From Chlamydiia bacterium (GTDB lineage: Bacteria > Chlamydiota > Chlamydiia > Chlamydiales > Parachlamydiaceae): DNA of 14,249 bases. The notes beneath the pieces were generated by a model, which saw only the letters and a list, made by a program, of their open reading frames with translations, was not told the origin of the DNA and searched no databases. Made by a program: the position numbers and the translations under genes. Every line of letters starts with the position of its first letter. The first letter of the stretch is position 1. Below are positions 7,072 to 14,249 of this stretch, piece by piece. Location of the stretch: contig JBBSJT010000062.1 of NCBI GenBank assembly GCA_038257035.1, positions 1 through 14,249 of the forward strand, written 5' to 3'.

Positions 7072-8430
7072 ATGCAAAAAAATATTTTAGTATCTATAAA
7101 TTTCGCACTCCTAGCATTGGTCTCTAGCTTGACCTTACTTGGACTTTGTTTTATTTTTTTAAGTCCAAATGAAATCGAAGTGGTTGATACTGCAACGTTT
7201 AAAGGCAGCATGCCAAAAAATGCCTTTGCTCGTTCAAAAAAATCTTACGATGCAATAGCCGAGCCATTTTTAACTTTAAAATACCATCCTCTGACATCCC
7301 AACTTCCGGATTTAAAAAAAACACTTATATTTTATGGGAAAAATGGCAGACCTGATGCCATGTTGACCAAACCACACTTACACTTCTCTTTTACAGGCAG
7401 TAAAACGATAACGGCAGGATTTCCTGAAGAGCGTCTCTATTTGCATTATAACAAAGAAGCTGCTCAGCCGCACTATGCCTTTAGTAAAGATAATCAGGCC
7501 ACATCGATTTGGATCGAAACTGATATTATGGATGAAGATGCCATCGTTAAAGTTTTTATGGAAAATGAATATGGGGAAATTGTTCAAGAACCCGCCAATC
7601 TTGCTCGATTTAATCTAAAACCTGTCACTCAAAGTAAATTTGGTTCAACCGGTGAATCCCAAGAACTTGGTGGATACCGCATTGATGGAAGCCTTCTTGC
7701 AAGACAAAAAGCAAAATGGTATGGGTTTGATCGCTTTTTAGAAAAACATGGCGGAGAAGAATTTCTTTCATGCGCAGGAAAACATCGCGTTGACTTTGGT
7801 GATGCAGGCGCGCGTTATTCTGTGTTTGTGGCACCCGGTGACTGTCTTATCCATGATGATAACCGATGGAAAGTTGTTCAACCCGGCACTGAATCCTTAA
7901 GTAATCATCTTCTTGTGGTTAAGAAAATCGAAGAACGCATCATGAATTTTGAGCTTTGGGATGTTGAAGGAAAAAATAAAATTGTTTTGAACGTCATTAA
8001 AGCCCATGAATCAAATAAAAATCAAATATTTGACAATACTTTCAAATTTGTCGGTGCAAGAACAAGATCACAGTTTGTTTTTGAAATTGATGATGAAAGA
8101 GTTCTACTACGTCCAAAAGATTGGCTTGTTTTAACAGATGATGGCTGGAAAAAATTAACGACAGCTGAAGAAATCGATGATTACGTCGAACACAAGCTTG
8201 CGGGCCCTCTCTTTGTTTTTGATGGAATTGTAAAAAAAGAAGACGGCCAAGTTTTTTACGGAACGATGTTTAACACAGCAAGAACAGAAATGCAGACAAT
8301 AGAATTACCGATTGCACAAAATGGAACTCCTGAAAAATCTATTGAAAATCATCAACCTAAAACTGAAAAAAATAGTGAAAACCCGGTTGCTAAAACATAT
8401 TATAAAAATTTAAGTTCTGAAGACAGATAA
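7072..8430 (+). CDS. Conserved chlamydial membrane-anchored protein, first gene of the T2SS operon (CT573-like; occupies the GspC position)
   Basis: Long ORF (open from TTG 7024; ATG 7072 preferred because it directly precedes the single N-terminal TM helix); large soluble domain; ends 4 nt before gspD. Homology to GspC is not visible from the sequence. Confidence 0.75.
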   Translation: MQKNILVSINFALLALVSSLTLLGLCFIFLSPNEIEVVDTATFKGSMPKNAFARSKKSYDAIAEPFLTLKYHPLTSQLPDLKKTLIFYGKNGRPDAMLTKPHLHFSFTGSKTITAGFPEERLYLHYNKEAAQPHYAFSKDNQATSIWIETDIMDEDAIVKVFMENEYGEIVQEPANLARFNLKPVTQSKFGSTGESQELGGYRIDGSLLARQKAKWYGFDRFLEKHGGEEFLSCAGKHRVDFGDAGARYSVFVAPGDCLIHDDNRWKVVQPGTESLSNHLLVVKKIEERIMNFELWDVEGKNKIVLNVIKAHESNKNQIFDNTFKFVGARTRSQFVFEIDDERVLLRPKDWLVLTDDGWKKLTTAEEIDDYVEHKLAGPLFVFDGIVKKEDGQVFYGTMFNTARTEMQTIELPIAQNGTPEKSIENHQPKTEKNSENPVAKTYYKNLSSEDR

Positions 8431-8434
8431 TCCT

Positions 8435-10957
8435 ATGACAAAAAAATTACTTTTAGCCCTAATGGCTGCAATGATTGCAGGATCACTTTCTGCACAAACT
8501 ATTTTTGAAAAAAAAGCAGGTCTTACTTCCGGTGCATCAGATCTAGCAACTGATCTTCAAACACAACTTGTTGAAGTCAACAAGAATTTGGCTCAGTCAG
8601 AAAATGAGCTCAATACCCTCTACAGTCAAGTTTGGAAACTATACAAAGAAAATGCAGGGGAAGATTCTTATAAAGAATTAAGAACAAGAATTGCTGAAGT
8701 TAGAAATGATCGCCATTGTCTACAGTGCAATTGGCGAGATGCCGCGACATCATCCGGAGTTGAAGAGGGTTATGCTCTTTGGCACCAACCTGATGCAACT
8801 ATTGGACAGCTTGTTATTGATTATGGCTCGGATCATTATATTTATCTGCTTCCTTCTGAAATTGCTTCTATTAAACTTAATGTCGATTCAAATTTACCTG
8901 TTCCAAGATCCTCTTGGAATGAAATGTTAGAGCTTATCCTAACACAAAATGGGGTCGGGATTAAACAACTTAACCCTTATTTAAGAGAACTCTATTTTAT
9001 TAAAGAAGATAAATCCAATCTTCGACTGATCACAAGTAAAAGAGAAGACCTTGAATTTTTAAAACCGGACGAGCGCATCTGCTTTGTGATTACACCGGAA
9101 CCCATTGAAATATGCCGAACATTCTCCTTTTTAGATAAATTCATCAACCCTAATAGCACTGCGCTTCAAACGATAGGCAGAGACATCATCGTCATTGCAA
9201 AAGTTGCTGAAATTCAAGATCTACTAAAACTATTTGATTTTGTCTCAACCAATAGGGGCGATAAAGAATATAAGGTGATCTCGTTAAAAAGAGTAGATGT
9301 TGATGAAATGGCCAAAATTCTTGGTGCAGTTTTTGATCATTTAGGCGAGGATTCTTCACAAATTGATCAAACCCCTACTAAAAAGAGTTCAAAAGTCAAA
9401 TCATCCGCCACTAATCTATCATCGGTTGGTTCGGGTTTAAGAATCATTCCTTTGTCACATATTGCAAAGGCGATGTTTTTAGTCGGTACAAAGGAAGAAA
9501 TCAAGAAGGCGTCTGACATCATTGCGCAGGTTGAAAACCAAGTTGGTGATTCTGAAGAAAAATTAATCTTCTGGTACACAGCAAAGCATTCAGATCCAAC
9601 AGAACTTGCTGAAGTACTTGTAAAAATTTATAAACTGATGGTTGAGAATCGCTGCATGCTTGCAACACCTCAACAACCACCTCGCCTTGGGCTTGTACAA
9701 GGCCAACCTGGTTTGCCTCCCCCACCTCCTCCAGGTGCGCTGCCTCTACCACCTCTTGCAGAAAATTTTTCACAAAAGCCAAGACCTCAGCCCTACCTCC
9801 CAAGAAATGCTTATGATGATGGTTTTTACATGCCAGATCGCTATGTGGTCGATAATAGTCCTGTTGATATCAACCGAGGTCCCCTTAATACCAATGACCA
9901 AAGGGACAACTTCATAGTGGATCAAAAAACAGGATCCATTGTCATGGTTCTTGAGGCTGACATTTTACCAAAAATGAAGGATCTTTTGAGAAAATTGGAT
10001 GTGCCTAAAAAAATGGTACAAATTGAAGTTTTACTTTTTGAAAAACGAATTGAAAAGCAAAATAATTTTGGCTTAAATCTATTAAAAATCGGCAGCCTAG
10101 CCTCTGATATCAATTGCACAGGTTTTTCCTTTAACGATATAGCAAAAGGCGGTTTTTGCAGAGGCGTCACAGAATTTCTCTTCAGTAGTAAAGGGGACAA
10201 TTGCGGCATGCCGGCATTTGATGCCGTCTATAAATTTTTGCTTGCCCAAGATGACATTCAAATCAATGCAAACCCTTCTATTTTAACGATCAATCAGACA
10301 CCTGCTAAAATTGAGATCGCCGAAGAAATCTCTGTAAATACAGGGGTTTTTGAAGTTGAAACAAATAAAGGCGTGACTCTAAAAGATGCCTTTGTCAGAG
10401 CAACCTACGGGATTAAAATTGAGATTACCCCGACTATTCATCTTCATGATCCTGAATGTGACGAGGACTCACTTGATTATGTTACCCTCGTTTCAGACAT
10501 CCTTTTTGAGACGATTCATCCAAAAATGATCAACCGCGATCGTCCTGATGTAACACGCCGCATGATTAACAACGAAGTAAGGGTAGCCGATGGGCAAACC
10601 ATTATTTTGGGGGGATTAAGAAGAAAAATCACATGCGATTCTAAAGAAGCAATTCCATTTTTAGGTGAACTACCCGGGCTTGGCAAATTGTTTAGCATCA
10701 CAACACTTCATGACAATTCAACAGAAATGTTTATTTTCATTACACCAAAAATTGTGATCGATCCATCTTGTGATTTAGAAAGAATCCGGAATGAAGAATT
10801 ATGCAAGCGTCCAGGAGACATTCCTTATTTTGTTTGTTGCTTGGTTGAGGCTCGTGAAAGGGAAAAAAACAGATTGATGCAAGAAAGTATTCGCATGTTG
10901 ATCGGGCGTGAATCTCAATGCAGAGTATACCCATGTGGTGAATATGATGGCAGATAA
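8435..10957 (+). CDS. gspD: Type II secretion outer-membrane secretin GspD
   Basis: Sec signal peptide (…AGSLSA/QT); LRKLDVPKKMVQIEV, ANPSILTINQTPAKI, YGIKIEITP, V.VADGQTIILGGL, IPFLGELPGLGKLF and TEMFIFITPKIV secretin motifs; upstream of gspE and gspF. Confidence 0.95.
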   Translation: MTKKLLLALMAAMIAGSLSAQTIFEKKAGLTSGASDLATDLQTQLVEVNKNLAQSENELNTLYSQVWKLYKENAGEDSYKELRTRIAEVRNDRHCLQCNWRDAATSSGVEEGYALWHQPDATIGQLVIDYGSDHYIYLLPSEIASIKLNVDSNLPVPRSSWNEMLELILTQNGVGIKQLNPYLRELYFIKEDKSNLRLITSKREDLEFLKPDERICFVITPEPIEICRTFSFLDKFINPNSTALQTIGRDIIVIAKVAEIQDLLKLFDFVSTNRGDKEYKVISLKRVDVDEMAKILGAVFDHLGEDSSQIDQTPTKKSSKVKSSATNLSSVGSGLRIIPLSHIAKAMFLVGTKEEIKKASDIIAQVENQVGDSEEKLIFWYTAKHSDPTELAEVLVKIYKLMVENRCMLATPQQPPRLGLVQGQPGLPPPPPPGALPLPPLAENFSQKPRPQPYLPRNAYDDGFYMPDRYVVDNSPVDINRGPLNTNDQRDNFIVDQKTGSIVMVLEADILPKMKDLLRKLDVPKKMVQIEVLLFEKRIEKQNNFGLNLLKIGSLASDINCTGFSFNDIAKGGFCRGVTEFLFSSKGDNCGMPAFDAVYKFLLAQDDIQINANPSILTINQTPAKIEIAEEISVNTGVFEVETNKGVTLKDAFVRATYGIKIEITPTIHLHDPECDEDSLDYVTLVSDILFETIHPKMINRDRPDVTRRMINNEVRVADGQTIILGGLRRKITCDSKEAIPFLGELPGLGKLFSITTLHDNSTEMFIFITPKIVIDPSCDLERIRNEELCKRPGDIPYFVCCLVEAREREKNRLMQESIRMLIGRESQCRVYPCGEYDGR

Positions 10958-12569
10958 GTCGCGTGAGACCCAAGAACTTTTTCAGATGCAAGGTCTTCTT
11001 GTAGGAGATGATGTCAATAAATCCATGGCCGAACAATTTGGAATGGAAATTATTGAAGATCTCTCTTGCTTTCGTCTGCCAAAAGAATATTATAAAAAAG
11101 TTTCCTATTCTTTTGCCAAAAAAAATCTGACCTTGCCGATCATCGAAGATCAAGGAACAATTACTGTAGCTGTTGCTGACCCTTTAAATCTAGAACCTCT
11201 TGAAGAATTAAGATTGATTCTCGACGTCAAAATTAAAGCCATTTACAGTCCGAAAGATTGCATCATGAATGCCATCAATGAAGTTTACAATCAAGAGCAT
11301 GGTGCAGCCTCGCAGCTTATTGCCGACCTTTCGGATAAAAATGATGATGAATCTAATGATGGAGAAATATTAGTTTATGATCTTTTAGATGACAGCGGTT
11401 ATCAAGCCCCTATCATTAAATTGCTAAACTTAATTTTAACAGAAGCCATTCAGCAAGGTGCATCAGATATTCATTTCGAACCGCTTGAAACAGGCTTAAG
11501 AGTGCGTTATCGCATTGACGGAATTTTGCAAAATCGACATACCCCCTCACCTGAATTTCAAACGCAACTTTTAACTCGCATTAAGGTGATGGCAAAGCTT
11601 GATATCGCAGAACATCGCTTGCCACAAGATGGTCGCATCAAACTACGCATGGGACGTCGTGAAATTGATTTTCGCGTAAGTACAGTCCCTATTTCCAATG
11701 GTGAAAGAATTGTTCTTCGTATTTTGGATCGCAGCAATGTCATTTTAGGCCTAGACCGCATCGGTATGATTCCTGAAGTTTTTGATGAATTTAAAAAATT
11801 AATTACATTGCCGGAAGGTGTTATTTTAGTTACAGGGCCAACAGGAAGTGGAAAAACAACCACTCTTTATAGTGCAATCTCCGGACTAAACAATGATGAA
11901 ACAAACGTCATGACTATCGAAGATCCTGTTGAATACCACTTAAAAGGGATTGCTCAGATTGCCGTTCATAAAAAAATCAGCCTTGATTTTGCAGCAGGTT
12001 TGCGCCACATTTTAAGACAAGATCCTGATGTGATCATGATTGGTGAAATCAGAGATTCAGAAACCGCAGAAATCGCCATCCAAGCATCTCTTACCGGTCA
12101 CCTTGTTTTGAGTACACTTCACACCAATGATGCCCCATCTGCCATAACCAGACTTGTCGATATGGGAGTGCAGCCTTATTTACTTTCCTCATCCGTTTGT
12201 GGTGTGTTGGCACAACGTCTTGTCAGAAGAATTTGTCCTGATTGCAAAATTCAATATGAGCCGCTCGATCGCGAACTTGCAGCTTTAGGTCTAAAAAGAG
12301 AAGCTCTTAAGAATGGAAAAATTTCAAAAGGTGCCGGATGTTCTTCTTGCTTTAATACAGGCTATAAGGGTCGTCAAGGGATTTATGAGCTGATGATAGT
12401 TAACAATGAAATTAAAAAACAAATTGTTAAAAGCCCGGATGCTGTTGAATTAAGAAGAATTGCATTAGAAACCGGAATGATTAGCATTTTAACTCATGGT
12501 GCAGAATTAGTTAAGCAAGACCTGACAACAGTCTCTGAAGTCTTACGCGTTACAAGAGGGCTTGATTAA
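10947..12569 (+). CDS. gspE: Type II secretion ATPase GspE (PulE/PilB family)
   Basis: ASDIHFEP, Walker A GPTGSGKT, Asp box TIEDPVE, LRQDPD, Walker B VIMIGEIRD, His box GHLVLSTLHTN, tetracysteine CPDC…CSSC. Start placed at ATG 10947 (GGTGA 5 nt upstream, overlapping the gspD end); the frame is open from GTG 10908. Confidence 0.96.
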   Translation: MADKSRETQELFQMQGLLVGDDVNKSMAEQFGMEIIEDLSCFRLPKEYYKKVSYSFAKKNLTLPIIEDQGTITVAVADPLNLEPLEELRLILDVKIKAIYSPKDCIMNAINEVYNQEHGAASQLIADLSDKNDDESNDGEILVYDLLDDSGYQAPIIKLLNLILTEAIQQGASDIHFEPLETGLRVRYRIDGILQNRHTPSPEFQTQLLTRIKVMAKLDIAEHRLPQDGRIKLRMGRREIDFRVSTVPISNGERIVLRILDRSNVILGLDRIGMIPEVFDEFKKLITLPEGVILVTGPTGSGKTTTLYSAISGLNNDETNVMTIEDPVEYHLKGIAQIAVHKKISLDFAAGLRHILRQDPDVIMIGEIRDSETAEIAIQASLTGHLVLSTLHTNDAPSAITRLVDMGVQPYLLSSSVCGVLAQRLVRRICPDCKIQYEPLDRELAALGLKREALKNGKISKGAGCSSCFNTGYKGRQGIYELMIVNNEIKKQIVKSPDAVELRRIALETGMISILTHGAELVKQDLTTVSEVLRVTRGLD

Positions 12570-12571
12570 TC

Positions 12572-13756
12572 ATGGCCATTTATCACTACCAAGCTTTGGA
12601 TCTAAAAGGAAAATCGATCAAAGGTCATGTAGAGGCACATAGCGAAAAAGAAGCAAAGGATCTGCTTCGCGAGCAGGGCGCCATGATTACAAAGCTTGTA
12701 CTAAAATCAACAAACACCCTTAAACAGCAACTTAAAGGTGAAAATCTGGTCACTTTTACAGTTCAACTCTCTCAACTTATTGGCGCAGGCGTCCCACTTT
12801 ACGAAAGTCTTATTGCCATTGAAGAGCAATATAGGCAAGAGCCTTATCATCATATTTTGATGCGCTTATCAGAACAAATAAAAGCGGGAAATTCTTTATC
12901 TTCTGCAATGGCCGAATATCCTGAAAGCTTTAACAAGCTTTATCGCTCTATGATTCTTGCCGGTGAATCTTCGGGCAGTCAGGAGATCATCCTTGAAAAG
13001 CTCAGTATTTTATTAAGAAAGCAAATCAAATTAAAAAAACAGATTATTACAGCTTTGATTTATCCTGGAATTTTAGGTTCTTTTTCTTTTCTCATCATCT
13101 TGATGCTTCTTGGGTTTGTAGTGCCTTCCATCGAAGGAATTTTTGAAGGTAGAAAACTCAACAGCTTTACAGAATTTGTCATGAGTGTCAGCCATTTCTT
13201 TAGAGACTTCTGGTGGCTTTATATTCCGGCTATTGCCGCCTCGATCACTTTTTTAGTTATGAAATTTAGATCGCCACAAGGAAAATTATTTTTTGAAAAA
13301 AATTTAATTAAAGTTCCTGTTTTAAAAACATTGATTGTTCAAACGGCCCTTGCCAGATTTTGTCGCACCATGGCAACTTTGCAACAGGGTGGACTTACCA
13401 TGATTGACTCGCTTCAAATTTCCCGAGGCGTGATGCGTAATATTGTTCTTGAAGAAGAGATTAAAAAGGCTGAGGGCAAAATTGTTGAAGGAAGCTCTTT
13501 GAGCATCGAGCTTTCAAAATCCCCCTTGATTCCACTTCTTGTCTCGCGTATGCTGTCTGTTGGTGAAGAGTCGGGTACAAGTCTTGTCATGATGAACAAA
13601 ATTGCCGATATGTATGAAGAAGAAATTGAAAAAACATTGGACCGTCTGATGGCACTTGCCCAGCCTGCAATATTGCTGATCATGGGTGCAATCATAGGTT
13701 TTGTTTTACTTGCCATTATGCTGCCATTAACCGATGTCAGCTCATTTTCAAATTAA
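12572..13756 (+). CDS. gspF: Type II secretion inner-membrane platform protein GspF (PilC family)
   Basis: Y.YQALD.KGK…G.VEA N-terminus, two T2SSF repeats (AGVPL…AGESSG…ALIYP; VGEESG…QP), three TM helices. Confidence 0.96.
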   Translation: MAIYHYQALDLKGKSIKGHVEAHSEKEAKDLLREQGAMITKLVLKSTNTLKQQLKGENLVTFTVQLSQLIGAGVPLYESLIAIEEQYRQEPYHHILMRLSEQIKAGNSLSSAMAEYPESFNKLYRSMILAGESSGSQEIILEKLSILLRKQIKLKKQIITALIYPGILGSFSFLIILMLLGFVVPSIEGIFEGRKLNSFTEFVMSVSHFFRDFWWLYIPAIAASITFLVMKFRSPQGKLFFEKNLIKVPVLKTLIVQTALARFCRTMATLQQGGLTMIDSLQISRGVMRNIVLEEEIKKAEGKIVEGSSLSIELSKSPLIPLLVSRMLSVGEESGTSLVMMNKIADMYEEEIEKTLDRLMALAQPAILLIMGAIIGFVLLAIMLPLTDVSSFSN

Positions 13757-13766
13757 GGAGTCGCAT

Positions 13767-14150
13767 ATGAAAAAGATCCAAAAAAGACATGTCACTTTGA
13801 TTGAAATGATGATTGTGATGTTCTTAATTGCTTTGATTGCAGGGGCTGTTGCCATCAATATGGGTGGGGCATTAGATGAAGGTAATGCTTTTAAAACAGT
13901 TGCAAACATAAAGAATATAGAAAATATTTTAGGTCTTCGCATTGCAGGTGATGATGATGCATTGGCAAATTTGGAAAGCGACTGGAAAAAATATATCTTA
14001 GAATCCCCGCTTTCACAAAATCCAAAATCTTTATTTAAAGATGGTTGGGGAAATGAATTTACGGTGCAAGTCACAGACAATGATTTTGTAGTCTATTCAA
14101 AGAAATTTGAAGATTACAAGCGTACAACCAAGACATCCTTCAAAGACTAG
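13767..14150 (+). CDS. gspG: Type II secretion pseudopilin, GspG-like (CT569-like)
   Basis: AAGGAG RBS at 13755-13760, ATG 13767; short basic leader MKKIQKRH, then VTLIEMMIV hydrophobic pilin helix with Glu+5; C-terminal KDGWGNEF resembles the GspG DPWG motif; directly after gspF. Confidence 0.8.
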   Translation: MKKIQKRHVTLIEMMIVMFLIALIAGAVAINMGGALDEGNAFKTVANIKNIENILGLRIAGDDDALANLESDWKKYILESPLSQNPKSLFKDGWGNEFTVQVTDNDFVVYSKKFEDYKRTTKTSFKD

Positions 14151-14249
14151 TTAATTGACCTAATGGTGCTACATGAAATACTTGCAATGCCAATACATTT
14201 TTTAATATAGCATCTTCGATTTTTTACAAGATATGCACGATCGCTGCGC

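Noticed and set aside
643..14080. Numerous short antisense or alternate-frame ORFs (e.g. 643-873, 1153-1446, 2913-3122, 4514-4801, 9519-9803, 10740-11153, 11558-11863, 13414-13716, 13748-14080)
   Set aside because: They lie largely or wholly within well-supported genes and show no recognisable motifs; these are expected shadow ORFs.
8435..14150. Type IV pilus or T3SS secretin (SctC) assignment
   Set aside because: The order secretin-ATPase-platform-pseudopilin (D-E-F-G) and the GspG-like DxWG motif fit a T2SS; no PilT or PilMNOP is visible.

Overview
AT-rich window that looks like the chromosome of an environmental Chlamydiota (Parachlamydiales-like) bacterium; this assignment is inferred from gene content and order. 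It carries the chlamydial type III secretion operon sctJ-sctK-sctL-sctR-sctS-sctT (584-5369, +), an HExxH membrane metallopeptidase gene (M50B-like), a CT565-like small membrane protein on the minus strand, and the start of a chlamydial type II secretion operon (CT573-like gene, gspD, gspE, gspF, gspG-like pseudopilin; about 7072-14150, +). The genes are mostly conserved chlamydial core. The unexplained signal is non-coding: several large intergenic gaps hold different long palindromic elements. These are a nested three-left-end/three-right-end element upstream of sctJ (111-470), a 163-bp TA-bounded hairpin inside the operon between sctL and sctR (3084-3246), an inverted pair of 5x9-bp tandem arrays after sctT (5423-5586), a possible orphan half-element (6446-6501), and possibly another one cut by the window end. 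Other points of note are a Cys-rich, Pro-rich secretin, a non-canonical pseudopilin cleavage site, and an apparent inversion of the T2SS block relative to Chlamydiaceae.
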